A stretch of 64,000 bases of DNA from NCBI RefSeq assembly GCF_963921235.1, contig NC_086097.1, forward strand, positions 54,252,001 through 54,316,000, read 5' to 3'. Source of the DNA: Mobula hypostoma (taxonomy: Eukaryota). A program made the position numbers and the translations under genes. Below the pieces are notes generated by a model. It was not told the origin of the DNA. It saw nothing but the letters and a program-made list of their open reading frames with translations, and did not search any database. This document shows positions 36,731 to 49,768 of this stretch, piece by piece. Numbering within the stretch: the first letter of the stretch is position 1; every line of letters starts with the position of its first letter.

Positions 36731-37129
36731 TTAAAATTGGTTTTCCTTCTGAAAATGGCTGCGCTTAAACCCAACCCATCGCGGGCTTCGATGTACCTGT
36801 AAGTGGAAGTGTTTCAGGAAAAAACCCCGAAGAATTTGCTTGCTGCAAATTTCTTGACTAAGGTTAGTTCCTTGAGCTTATTTTAAGCTTCTGGGGAACA
36901 ACAAAGGGCATTTATAGAGGGATATCCAGGTACTGCAAAGACTGGTAGCTGCAGGCACTAAAAGCTTGAGATCACACCAGTGGATTGAGCAGATATTTTC
37001 CTGAGAGCGATCCAGTCAATCAGCATAAATAAATACACATGATGGACAACAAATACAATGCTAAAATTTAAAATTACTTCATCAAGAAATATTTGGAGGC
37101 TTGAATAGAGGGAATCCTTCAAGAGGTCC

Positions 37130-37330
37130 AAAACCTTGTCTTCGGATTTGGAGGCTTGCGTACCTCAATGACCCAGAGAGCTGTTGGCTGAAGTCAGGTC
37201 CTTGTGCTTTGACTCTTGGTAGGGTCACCCATGCCAAATACAGCAAAGGGTAGAGGCCAGACTAAGAGTGGTCCACTGGTCCTCCTGGTTTGGTGTTTCA
37301 GAAGGGCTAACAAACTTTGACTGGTCAGAA
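37130..37330 (+). mobile_element. RTE-type 5' fragment
   Basis: GGGTCACCCATGCCAAA..AAAGGGTAGAGGCCAGACTAAGAGTGGTCCAC, also present at 18470-18530 in reverse. Confidence 0.55.
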
Positions 37331-37469
37331 AAATTTGTTAGACAAACAGCAATGAAGAATTATATATCTGTGTGCAAAGGTATTCCTGAGTCTCCACCCA
37401 GGATTTGTATGACTTACAGTAGTGATAACCGAGAGAAAATTGCTGGCACAATGAACACCTTCAATATCA

Positions 37470-39480
37470 AGAACAAAATTTGGAATGATCAATACTGCCA
37501 AGCTAGCACAAATAACTGTGGAAATGACAATTCGAAAACAGGCTAACATAGCAGAAATAACTATAGGAGATATAGAGCATCGCATAGCCCTGTATGCAGA
37601 TGACATAATTTTGTTTTGTTCCAACTTGAAACAAACATTACTTGCCTTAATTGACCTGATAAGTAATTTTGGTACTTTTGCAGGCTATAAAATAAACAAC
37701 AACAAATCTGCAATATTATTCATGGATAAAGACGAGAGACTCAATCCCCCACTTCAAACTCCGTTTATGGTGTCAGAACAGGGTTTTACTTATTTGGGTG
37801 TTAAAATTACTCCTACTATTGATAAAATTATCCCAACTAATTATAACCCTCTCACAGACTCAGTTATTCAACTTACAAACAGATGGATGAAATTGCCCAT
37901 ATCTTTGATTGAACGCATAAACATTCTAAAAATGTCAATTTTACTGAAGTTCCAGTACCTTTTCCAATCTATCCCACTTTCTCCTCCATCATCTTTCTTT
38001 TATTTATTAAAGAAATTTTTTTCTGATTTTATCTGGAATAATAGACATGCAAAACTCAGGCTTTCCCTGTTATATTTGCCATATGATAGAGTCGGGTTAC
38101 AGCTACCAAATTTTATACGGTATTTCTGGGCGGACCAAATTAGAGCAGGAATGTTTTACTTTGTTAAAGATCACTCCCCTACTTGGGTCTCAATGGAATG
38201 CCAGTCGATTAATATCCCTATAGAACTATATATGTATTCAGCAGATAAGAAAAAACTGGTCAAACAAACTAAAAACCCTTTCTTAAAAAATATAATAATG
38301 GTTTGGCACGATGCTCTTGTGTATTTGGGACAGACATCTCAGTTATCCCAGTTTACTCCTATCTTTGGTAATGATAGCTTCCGGGAGCCTGGCACAGCAG
38401 ACCCTGGTTTTAAAACTTGGTCGACCCGAGGCATAGCTAAGGTGTCTGATCTTTATAATGACAATACATTTATGTCATTTGAAGAATTCAAGGCCACATA
38501 TAGAATTCCAACAAAATGTTTTTTTAAATACCTTCAGTTGCTAAGTTTTATTATGGCCAGGCAAGGTTACAGTTTGAAGCTCCCTCCTTTATCTACCCTA
38601 AAAGACATCACTCTGAAATTATCTGAAGCTAGGGGACATGTGACTGTATTATACAATTTGTTTGCAAGTAAATGCATCAAACAACATACTACAAGCATGG
38701 AGAACTGATTTGCATGAGAATCTGTCAGAAAAAGAGTGGTCAGAAGCTTGTTCCTTAGTTCAAACCCAATCAGTAAACGCTCATTCTAAGTTACTACAAT
38801 ACAAATGGATAACCAGACAGTAGATTACTCCAGTCAGATTACATCACTTTAACCCCAACATTCCAGACACATGCATTAAATGTTATCATCAAAGGGGTCC
38901 CCATTCCATTTTATGTGGGAGTGCCCCCAGATAATCTGCTTCTGGAAGAAGGTGCTGGATTTGATTAGTCAGATTATTGGGAAAAAAAGGTGCCCCTTGA
39001 TCCTAAATTATGTATTCTGAATATTTATCCAAGGGACTTTGTAACCTCCAAAAATGTAAGGTCTCTGCTTAATATTTGTTTTTTGGAAGCCAAACGCTGC
39101 ATAGCCTATTCATGGAAGAAACCAACAACCAGAGGACTCTCACAATGGCTGAAAGAAATGACTTCTTATCTTGCTCTAGAAAAGATAAGCTACATCACAA
39201 AAAACGAACTTGGCAAATTTTGGGAAATTTGGGACATTTTCTAACAAGTTTCTGGAGAACAATATTCAGGATGAAAGTAACGAACTGAATTGACTGCTTT
39301 TTTTAATGGTGGGGTGTTTGCTTTTTTTGTGTGTGTTTTTTTTTCTTTTGATTTCTTATGTATTTTATTTTTTCCTTTTCTTTAACTTTGTTGTACTTTC
39401 AAACCTATGGATGATCTAATGTGTTTTCTTTTCATTCTGCAAAAGCAATAAAGAGATGTTTTTAAAAAAAAATTTAAAAA
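37470..39480 (+). mobile_element. 5'-truncated L1-clade LINE: ORF2 RT C-terminus, 3' UTR and poly(A)
   Basis: ORF 37485-38708 'HRIALYADDIILF...FAGYKINNNKS...FTYLGVKI...RINILKM'; AATAAA near 39447 then A-tract. Confidence 0.92.
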
Positions 39481-39579
39481 CTGTGGAAATGCGTCACAGG
39501 GCGTCAGTGAAAGCAGATGGACAGGGTCTGGATGACTAAAGGCTGCGACTGGTGAAACAGATTTACACTCAGGAAGGGA

Positions 39580-40085
39580 AGACAGTCAGCATCATGGTGG
39601 TGTTGCTGTCATTTTGCAACACATGAGGATCAACCAAGTACAGTATCCACACCAAGGTGAAGAAGCTGTACCAGATCTGTGTTCTATCCACAATCCTGTG
39701 CCGGTCAAAATGTTGGCACATGACAGAGTGCGACCTTGCCAAGCTGTCATCATTCCACACCATGAGCCTCCGAAGATCCTCCGCATTTTCTGGCCTAGAA
39801 AGATCTCCAACCATACACCCTACTCCTTCAGTATCACCAAGAGGACATGGCCATGATCATCATGAGGCAACATTAGAGATGGGTTGGGCAAGTAATGAGA
39901 AGAGAGGCCGACTCCATCATTAAGTGGCACTTCTGAAGGGTGCAAGAAATGCGGGAAACCAAAGACAATTTGGCGCCCATACCATAGAGGTAGAAGTGAG
40001 GACCCTGGACCACAATAGAGATGGCGAAGGACGGACAGAAATAGAGGACCTTCATTGCTGCCCTAAATGCCAACAGCGTAACAAA
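39580..40085 (+). mobile_element. RTE-clade LINE 3' end
   Basis: 'KKLYQICVLSTIL...LSSFHTMSLR', 'ILRIFWPRKISN' across frames. Confidence 0.75.
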
Positions 40086-40171
40086 ATAGAGGGAGTGGTA
40101 AGTGAGGTAAAGGGAGGAGGTAGAAGAACAAGTTTTGCTGGCAAGGTTTAGTGTGGATGAGAGGATGGTTA

Positions 40172-41320
40172 GGATGAATTGAATTGAATGATCTTTATTG
40201 TCATTATACGTAGGTACAATGAAACTTTGTTTGGCTTCCTCTCAGGCAATTAAATAAAGCGGTAGATAAAAACAAGACAGTAATAGAAAAGCAGTATTAA
40301 ATAGATAAGTAGCAGAAAATAAGTTGCAGCAGCACAGAATATCACAGTAATGCACAAAATGCCGGTAGTGCAAGTATTTGAGTCCTTGTGTGTGCATGTG
40401 TGTGCTCACAGTTTCAGTCATTGTTCTGTGGGAGTGGTGTGATGGAGGCCACGGCTCTGGGATAGAACCTGTTCCTCAGTCTATTTGTTCTGGCTTTCAG
40501 TGTCCTGAACCTGTTGCTGGACGGCAGCGGGTCAAACAGGGAGTGGCCGGGGTGTGTGGTGTCTCTGGTTATGCTGAGTGCTTTCCTCTGGAATAGATGG
40601 TGTCCAGTCCTGGGAGCTCCATCCTGACAATTCGCTGGGCCGCCTTCACCACGCGATGCAGGTCTTGTCGCTCAGCGGCTGTGCAGTTGGCATACCACAC
40701 TGTGGCGCTGTTGGTCAGGATGGTTTCAATTGTGCTTCTGTAAAAGTTAAGCAACAGCTTTTGTGGGAGTTTGGCCTGTTTCAGCTTTCTGAGGAAGAAG
40801 AGTCTTTGTTGTGCCTTTTTTACAAGCAGCGAGGTGTTGGTGGTCCACGTCAGCTGTTTTGACAACATAACTGCAGGGAACTTTAGGTTTTCCACACTTT
40901 CCACTACCTCTCCATGTATATGGAGGGGGGTGTGCACTCTGTCCTTTGATCTCCTGAAGTCCATGATCATCTCTTTTGTTTTAGAAGTGTTAAGGACCAG
41001 GTCGTTGCCCTTACACCACTCCGTCAGATGATCCACCTCAAGCCTGAAGGCTGTTTCATCCTCGTCCGAGATTAGGCCAACCACTGTGGTATCGTCCACA
41101 AATTTAATTATGGAGTTGGAGGTGTAGATGGGGGTGCAGTCACGTGTGAAGAGCGTGTAGAGCATAGGGCTCAGCACACAGCCCTGCGGGGTGCCTATTT
41201 TTAAAATGAGGGTGGTGGAGGTGTGCTTACCAATTCTGACTTGCTGTGGTCAGTCTGTGAGAAAGTCCATGACCCATGAGAACAGGGAGGAACCAAGGCC
41301 AAGAGTGAAGTAGTTTTGTG
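40172..41320 (-). mobile_element. Rex1/Babar LINE 3' part, relatively young
   Basis: ORF 40569-41177(-) 'LSPMLYTLFT...IIKFVDDTTVVGLIS...LNTSKTKEMIMDFRR...KKAQQRLFFLRKLK'; (TTCAA)n tail. Confidence 0.92.
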
Positions 41321-41554
41321 GAGGGAATATCTCAACAGATTACTGAATTGGGGAGAAGGGGAAGTAGGGGAAAATACAAGTGCTTAGAGATAGTTCCAGA
41401 CTTGGTTGTCATTAATGATAGATGATAGCTATTGATTTTGAAGCTGGAAGATGAGGGTGAGTGACTTGTAGCTCTCAGGATGGGGAAAGAGTGAGAGGAT
41501 GAGCGCAGGAACTGGAGCAGAGATGGGTGATGGCCCTTGATGGAATGAAGTTAG

Positions 41555-41835
41555 TATTCTTCAACCATCAGGCTCCTGAACCAGTGTAGATAACTTCACT
41601 CACCTCAACACTGAACTAATTACACAATCTGTACTCACTTTCAAGGACCCTACACTAATTTTCTCAATATTTATTTATTTGTTTTTTATATTTATTGTTT
41701 GTCTTCTTTTGTGCATTGCTTGTTTGCCTTTTTTGTGTTTAGTTTTTCATTGATTCTATTGTATTTCTTTGTTCTACTGTGAATGCCTGCAAGAAAATGA
41801 ATCTCAGGTGATATATACATTTAACTTGAACTTTG
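41555..41835 (+). mobile_element. Rex 3' UTR fragment
   Basis: TCAACCATCAGGCTCCTGAACC...AAGAAAATGAATCTCAGG...AACTTGAACTTTGA. Confidence 0.7.
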
Positions 41836-43157
41836 AAAATCTTTGAGAAAGAGAAATTGAAAGTGTTGCAACATTGTCATGGAGACTATGGGAATGGGAT
41901 GCAATCTTTATAGGAAGGAGGGTAAAAGGAATTGTTATCAAGGTAACTATGTGGTTTATCATGGATATTAATCACTTTCTCTAAACTTCTTTCAAACATA
42001 TTTGAGTATTTACCTTTTAAAAGAAAAGGTGAAGGAGTTTTTGTTGATAGTTTTTGACTAACTTCATCACTTGGAATTCGTTAGTGCACAAGTTTAACGG
42101 TATTTCTGGGGTACAAGGTCTATGCTCTATTCCACTTCACAATAATCATAAATACAAGAGACTTACATGCCAAAGGCATCAACAGAGCTGGAACTCCAGC
42201 AAATATGATTAAAAATATCTTTCAAAATTACAAAAGCAGAAAAGAATTCAGGTGCTGGAATTAAAATGTCAATTCTGCTTTTCAATGTTTCCTGACTTTT
42301 CTGATTTTATCTCAAAATATTTGATACACAAGCTATCTAAAATCTGTTTTGTTTTTGGTCAGTTACATATAAAATAATGCTAATGTACCAAATTTACAAA
42401 TAATTGTACAGCATTAAAAACTAATTTGGTAATTAAGACAATGTCAGATTTAATAAAGTTATTCGTTTGGGGCTACTTCCTTATTCATTGACTAAGCCCT
42501 GAAAACGTTCCTTCTTCAAAAAGCAACAAATGCTGGAGGAACTCAGCGGATCAGGCAAGTTCTATGGAGGAAATAAACAGTCATGTTTCAGCCCTTCAAA
42601 AATACATCCAATCCTCTTTCACAGGTTACTGTTGAACTATTTTCTTCCGTTGTCTCAAATCACACTGTTACTGTATAGCATCATAGCATCGTGCACCACG
42701 TATATTAAAGGCCAGAGGAGAAGACTTAATCCCCTAATTCAACCTAGTCAAAATACTTTTCCTCATCCTCATTTTTTGACAGAAAGTCTATTTTCATTTA
42801 CTTTAGTTTCCTTTACTCTCTTCTATTTATTGCAAAATTTGTAGATATATAAGATAAGGTAAGATAAAACTTTATTTATTCCAAAGGAAATTATTGTTGA
42901 AGGTTGCTCAGTCCGAAATATATACTTTAAATACAAAATATAAGCATTGAAAAATATACAAAATGTGTATTAAAAATTAATAGTGATAGTTAAAGTAAAA
43001 TATGTCTATATTTAAGACGAGTTTATATTAAAAAGTTAGCAGCTGTTACATAATTTACACACACGTCTGTAGTATTTTTAAGCAAACTTAGTTCAATATT
43101 TAAATATCAGCTCACATGTAAGCACCTCCAAATACTAAGGAAGTAAAGTTCGACATT

Positions 43158-43385
43158 ATTGGAACGCTAAATGAACCAATAAAACGATGAGAAGTAGAAA
43201 ACGTAACCAATCAACTCCCGCGGATTTAGGGTGTTGCTACATCCCAAAAGTTAACCAATCGAAAAACGCATAATAAACCACCTGGCCGCAATATCCAATC
43301 AGAATGGGTAAGATAGGACCACCCCTGACCAAGTGATTGGCTATCGCACCAAAATAGATTTTTTTGAAATCAAACGTATATATAG
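43158..43385 (+). promoter_or_regulatory. CDKN3: CDKN3 promoter: NF-Y CCAAT cluster plus CHR element
   Basis: CCAAT at 43176, 43207, 43255, 43295; ATTGG at 43158, 43336; TTTGAA at 43363-43368; raised CpG density; upstream of exon 1. Confidence 0.75.
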
Positions 43386-43865
43386 GCGGCTTAAATGTGA
43401 TGCGGAATAGAGGCAGAGGGAGAATAGTGCGAGCTTAGAAACAGAGCAGGTGACAGGTGAGGGGTGCATTACAGAAATGATGGCAGAGAAAGAATAGATA
43501 ATAGTGCAGAAGGAAAAAAAGGAGTATGAGTACAGTTGACAGGTGTGGACAGGAGTTAAATTTGTTAGCAAAAGAGCTGGTATAAAATAGGAGATACATA
43601 TAGGACAACAGAATTAGTAGGAGAGTGGGGGTGCGGGGCAATAGCCAGGAAGTTAGAGAGATTGGATGTGACCGAAAAGAGGATAGCAGGAAAAAAGGTG
43701 AAGAAAATCGAAGAGAGAAATCAGCTGATGAGAGACTACAGGGAGTAGAGATGAGAATGATAACAGCAGCATAGTCGGGTTTAACGAGGCGGCAGAAGAA
43801 GACACCTGCAGCGACGAAAGAGTGAAATCTCAGAAACGCGAAGCACTTGGTGTCTCCGTGGTGTG

Positions 43866-43874
43866 ATGAACCTG
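43866..43874 (+). CDS. CDKN3: CDKN3 coding exon 1 (MNL)
   Basis: ATGAACCTG|GTGAGT; 9 coding nt, phase 0, joins exon 2 in frame; near the promoter. Confidence 0.75.
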
Positions 43875-44774
43875 GTGAGTTCAGTTCCTGAAAACTTTTT
43901 ACTTATTAAAAGTAAGGAAAGGATAGAAAAATATTGTAGCCACCGAACAGAGGCGTGGAATGCCTCTGACACCATATTTCACTTTCATCCAGACGTGTCA
44001 TTAACCCACCAGATTAGAAACAAATTAAAGCAATATTGGTATCCGATACAATTTAATATGCTACAGTGTGAGGGAAAGCGACAAGGTGGTGGGACCCGAA
44101 GATGCCCTTCACTTGCCCCGGGATTTATAAAGTATGACTATGACTTGACAACACTAACCTTTTAAAAGTTCAAAGCCTATTTTAGCTTTTGCAATGGTAA
44201 TTAGAAGCTTTCGGAATCGGTTGGATTACATTTAAGTAATTGCAATATCGAGTGTACTTTCCTTATTTTAATTTCTTTATTATTTCTGTAGCTGGTTATG
44301 AGTCGGAGTTTGTGAAGTTACTCGTGTGCCTGGCTGGTAGTGTGATCAGTATTTTTATGATGCCGTGGATTTGCTCAGTAGTTCTTTTTCACTGTCGATT
44401 AAAAGGTGGTGTAATTTGTGTAAACACTTGCAAGTGTAGGTAGGTAAAACAGTAATACATACCACCATCGCTTTGAATTTTTATTATTTACTTTGGGAGA
44501 AACTAAAATGAGAGAGTGTACAGCTTGAAGATAATCTGAATAAAATAAATGAAAGCAATAAAAAAGTGAGATATCCGTGTTCATCCTACAATACTTTGGC
44601 ATTTTGCTCCTATAGTGCAACATTTTATTTTTGTTAAAATTCTTCTTTGATGCTAGACAAATGCGTTTATTGTTGTGCTCACTTGGCGGAAGGAATCGGA
44701 GGGTGTCTTTTCAATTTGGAGGGCTCTGGCCAGTGGTGTGCTGTAGGGATTGGTGACGGGTCCTCTGTTGTTCA

Positions 44775-46920
44775 CAGTAAATTTATTATCAAAGTACAGA
44801 TGTCACCATATACAACCTTGAGATTCATTTTCTTGTGGGCATTCTCAATAAATCAATAATAGAACCACAAAAGACAACAAACTGTGCAAATACAAAACAA
44901 GGAATAATAAATATCAAGAACACAGGATGAAGAGTAATTGAACGTGAGTCTATAGGTTGTGGGGCGAGTCCCGAAGTACCTGGGCTTCCTGATGGCAGCA
45001 GTGAGAAGAGAGCCTGAGCTGGGTGGTAGGGTCTCTGATCATGGATGCTGCTTTCCTGCAATAATGATTCATGCAGGTGTGCTCATGGTGGGGTGGAGTC
45101 ATATCCACTACTATTTGTAGGATTTTCTGTTCAAGGGCATTGGTGTTTCCATACCAGGCTGTGATATTGCTGGTCAACGTACTCTCCACCATACATCTGT
45201 AGGAGCTTGTTAAAGTTTAGATGTCATGCCAAATTTTAGCAAGCTCCTAAGGAAGTAGAGACGCTGCCGTGCTTTTTTAATAATTGCACTTGTATGCTGG
45301 GCCCAGGACAAGTCCTCTGAAATAATAACACCAAGAAATTAAAATTTTCTGATCCTCTGATGACTGGCTCATGGACCTCTGGTTTCCTCCTGTAATCAGG
45401 CTCAGGCTCCTTGGTCTTGCTGCCATTGAGTCAGAGGTTGTTGGTAGAGCACCACCCAGCGAGATTTTCAATCTTCCTCCTATATCATGATTCATCACCA
45501 CTTTGATTTGGCCTATGACAGTGGTGTCACCAGCAAATTTGAATATGGTATTGGAGCTGTTCTTAGCCACACAGCGTAAGAGTAAAGCAAGTAGAGCAGG
45601 GGGCTAAACACACAGCTTTGTGGTGCACCTGTTTGTTGGAAATCATGGAAGAGGTGTTGCCAATTTAAACTGTCTGGGGTCTGCAAGTGAGGAAACCGAG
45701 GATCCAATCACACAAGGTGCTATTGAGGCCAAGGGCTTGAAGCCTATTGATTAGCTTTGAGTTGGTGATATTGAATAAAGGGCATCTGGATGCATAATAG
45801 CTGTATAATTGCTGTCCAGATATTCCACGGTTGAGTGAAGAGCCAAATGAGATGGTATCTGCTGTAGACCTGTTGCTCTGGTAGGCAAATTGGGGTCAAT
45901 CCAAGTTGCTTCTCAGGCAGGAGTTGATGTGTTTCAATACCAACCCCTCAAATCACTTCATCTCTGTGAATGTAAGTGCTACTAGACGATAGTCATTGGG
46001 ACAAGTTAACATTTTCTTGGCCACCAGTATGATTGAAGCCTGCTTGAAACTGGTGGATACCTCAGACTGCTGATAGCGAGGTTAATGGTCTCCGTGAACA
46101 CTCCAGGCAGTTGATCAGCACATGTTTTTAGTACTTGGCCAGGTACCTCATCTGGGCCAGATGCTTTTCTTGGGTTCACCCTCCTGAGGGCAGCTCACAA
46201 GTCATCCTCACAGACTGAAATCACAGGATCAGCAGGGGCTCTGGGAGTTCATGACAGTTTCCATGTTTTGGCATAGAAGGCATTGAGCTCATCTGGAAGC
46301 AAAGCCCTATTGTTGTCCATGTGGCTTGATTTAACTTTTTAAGAGGTGATCATATTTGAGCCCTGGCACAACTGTCGAGAATTCTTTGTTGATTCAAGTT
46401 TAGTCCAGGATTACCACTTTGCCTGTGAGATGGTTTTCCAGAGATCGTAGTTGGACCTCTTGAAACTTTCTTGGTCACCAGATTTGAATGCCTCTGATCT
46501 GACCCTCAGCAGATTGTGGATCTCATGGTTCATCCAGGGTTTCTGGTTGGGGACACACTCATCTATAACTGTTTTAATAGAGTCCTTGACAACCATGGTG
46601 TATTCATGGTTATCCATAAACGAGTCCTTGAACATGGCCCAGTCCAATGACTTGAAGCATCCTGTGACCGACATTGTTCTAATCTCTGGAGCTTTGCTCT
46701 TTAGCCTCTGCCTTTATGCGGGTAGAAGGACAGCTAAGTGACCCAATTTACTGAGATGCTATCTGGGCATGGAACAGTAAGTATTTCCTATCTTGGAACA
46801 ATAGTGGTCTAGTGAGTTGGGACCTCTGGTGTTACAAGTGATGGTAATTGGGCAGGATTTTCTTCAAGCAAGCCTAGTTGAAATCCCTGACTATGATTTG
46901 AAATGTTTCTAATGACAATT
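44775..46920 (-). mobile_element. Decayed Rex1/Babar LINE in CDKN3 intron 1
   Basis: 'CVPNQKPWMNHEI', 'IFKFAGDTTVIGQI', 'VESTLTSNITAWYGN'. Confidence 0.88.
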
Positions 46921-46959
46921 TCAATGAGAATATAGTGGGCACGATTACTAATCGGTGGT

Positions 46960-48460
46960 TTAGTGGACAGTGGGATCTTGCAGTGGTTTAGAGGACAGTG
47001 GGATATTACACTGGGAACTATTTCTACTCTGGAAGAGTTGAATGTGTTCTGGTAAATTAAACCAGGTAGGACTTGCACCAGTAAATGGTAGGGCCCCAGA
47101 GAGTGTTGGAGAATGGAGACCAAGGAATGTAAACACATGCATAGTTTCCTGAAAGTGGAGCCATGGGTCGACAGCGTGGTGAAGGCATTTGACATGCTTA
47201 CATATATCAATCAAAGCACTGAGTGCAGGATTTGGGATTCCAATTGTACAAGTCATCAGTAAGACCACACCTTGTGTTCTGATCTAGTTGTCCAGCTGGG
47301 GAAGGGTGGAAAAGGTGCAGGAAAAGATCCACAGGGGACGGAGTTGTGAGGAGAGGCTAGAAATAGTGGGGCTTCCTTTGCAGTGTAGATGACTGAGGGG
47401 TGACCTTGTCAAAGTTCAAAGTAAATTTATTATCAAAGTACACAAGTCACTATATACAACCCTGAGATTTATTTTCTTGCAGGCATACTAAACTCTGTAG
47501 AATAATAACCATAACAGAATCAATGAAACACTGCACCAACCTCGGTGTTCAACCAGTGTGCGAAAGATGACACATTGTGCAAATGCAAAACAGAAAAAAT
47601 AGTAATTAATAAATGTCAAGAACATGAGATGAGTCTTTGAAAATGAGTCCATAGGTTGTAGGAACATTTCAGTGATGGGGCAAGTGATGTTGAGCGAAGT
47701 TATCCCCTTTTGGTTTGAGAGCCTGATGACTGAGGGGTAATAACTGTCCCTGAACCTGCGGCTCCTGTACCACCACCTTGAGGATAGCAGCAAGAAGAAA
47801 CATGACCTCAGTGTTTGGGGGTCCCTGATGATGGATGCTTCTTTCCAGCAACATTAATTCATGTAGATATGCTCAATAGTGGGAAGGGCTTTACTCGTAA
47901 TGGTCTGGGCTGTATCCACTGTTTTATGTAGGTCTTTCCATTCAAGGGCATTGGTGTTTCCATGCCAGGCAGTGACGCAGTCAGTCAATATACCCTGCAC
48001 TGCACATCTGTACAAGTTTGTCAAAGTTTAGATGTCATGCTGAATCTTCAAACTCAAAAGGAAGGAGAATATATACACATAATATTTTAATATTTTTAAT
48101 ATTTAATATTTGTAATCCAGGGAGTGGAAAGTGCAGAATCAAATATTGCTGTGTTGATTGTACATTCTAGTACCAATTGTTTGGTGACAATAAAGTATAA
48201 AGTATCAAAGTATATATTCTCCTTCCTTTTTGAGTTTGAAGGTTTAGCATGACATATTTATGTTTTACTTAAAAAAAAACTTTTTTCCCACACAATGGGT
48301 ATAGTGAACAAGCTGCCAGAGGAAGTTGTATAGTTGAATAGAATTGTAAAATTTAAAGGATACAGATACATAGATAGAAATGGTTGAGGGATAGCTCGGG
48401 TACATAACTTGATTGGCATGGATGAGGTGGCCAAAAGGCTTGTTTCTCTGCTGTACAATA
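46960..48460. mobile_element. Old CR1 3' part (+) interrupted by a Rex 3' fragment (-, about 47411-48060)
   Basis: CR1 GACTGAGGGGTGACCTTG then AAAGTTCAAAGTAAATTTATTATC Rex tail; CR1 resumes near 48260. Confidence 0.7.
48032..48255. repeat. 45-bp inverted repeat around a short LINE-tail insert
   Basis: 48032-48076 versus reverse complement of 48210-48255. Confidence 0.85.
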
Positions 48461-48902
48461 TAGGAAAGAAAATGGAAATGTGAGCAAACCAGGATATTTC
48501 AATGAGTGAGTCAGCACAATAGGACCTGTTGTCTGTTACACACCATTATGGTGATCTCTCTTCACGTGTGCATAATAGCCAATGGGACTCTACTTTCTGA
48601 CCCTGAGTGTGCCAGCCAAAACCATTGGCCCTGGTCACCCATATTTCCCTGATCGGGAAGCTGAAAGCTCGAATGCTGGATTCCAATGACACAGTTGAGA
48701 AGGCCTTCCGACAAAAATCCCTGAACGCATTAAAGTTGTTAAAGCCCTACTCCCAATTATCAGCTGTCAAGTCCTGACACTTGGGAATGTTGTAAAACCA
48801 TTAAAAGTAAAATAAGTAATTTTTAAGCAAAAATAATCATTCCAGAAATAAATAATCCTAAGAACAATGAAAATGTTTAAATTACTTTTAAAATGTAACT
48901 TA

Positions 48903-49192
48903 GGTGGCACGGTAGCATAGTGGTTAACTGAACACTTTACAGTACAGGCGACCCAACTTCAATTCCAGCCATTGGCTGTAATGAGTTTGTACATTCTCCT
49001 TGTGACCACATGTGTTTCCTCTGGGTGCTGTGGTTTCCTCCCACAGTGCAAAGACTTGGAGGTTGATAGGTTAATTGGTCATTGTAGATTGTCCTGTGAT
49101 GAGGCTTGGATTAAATCAGGGTTGTTAGGTGGCATAGCTCGAAGGACCCGAACGGCCTATTCTGCACTGTATCTGAGTAAATAAATGAATAA
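48903..49192 (+). mobile_element. tRNA-derived V-domain (HE1-like) SINE
   Basis: A box GGTAGCATAGTGG, B-box-like TTCAATTCC, central GGGTGCTGTGGTTTCCTCCCACAG, TAAA-repeat tail. Confidence 0.8.
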
Positions 49193-49685
49193 GGAGCTCG
49201 CATTTTCATTTCTACCCTTAACCACTCTGCATCCATATCCTATGTTTAAATGCTGGGTACATTAACAAGATTGAGCATCACTACTGGGAATCCAGAAGCA
49301 GCCATCTTGACGAAACAATGCCCTCGTAGATTAAGTACATTTAGAACTTTTTGCATTTGACTGGACATATGACACCGCCTAGAGACTTTCTGCAACACTT
49401 GCCGGTAACATCTGATCTAAAATTACAGATTTAGTTAAACTAGAAAATAAAATTTGGAAGATTTCTGCATTCATAAATTAATATAAAAATGAAATGTTTT
49501 AAACAATTTTCAATATTTAGCACATACTTGATTATATTGATTCATGAGATCTTAGTTTAATCTAACAGTGTTCATTAGTATTGGTGGCTAAAGTAGGAAT
49601 GTTTCATGTTTGTTTCTCTTATTCTGAGTACACTTGCAGCTGACTTCTATAAAATTGTTTATAATTCTTTGTTTTTTTTAAAAAG

Positions 49686-49768
49686 ACTCCAACAACAAGG
49701 GCAAGTGAATTTGATTCTTCAGATGAGGAATTTGAAGAAGAGCACCACTTGCCACTCCAAGTATCTTG
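49686..49768 (+). CDS. CDKN3: CDKN3 coding exon 2
   Basis: AG|...|GTGAGC, 83 nt; TPTTRASEFDSSDEEFEEEHHLPLQVS(W) matches the CDKN3 SEFDSSDEE motif. Confidence 0.95.

Noticed and set aside
37485..38708. 407-aa ORF as a host gene
   Set aside because: It is L1 ORF2 (YADD RT motif) with downstream frameshifts and a poly(A) tail.
30193..39480. L1 ORF1 piece and L1 ORF2 piece as one split element
   Set aside because: The 6.4 kb between them includes older repeats and unique sequence, the endonuclease region is absent, and no shared TSD was seen.
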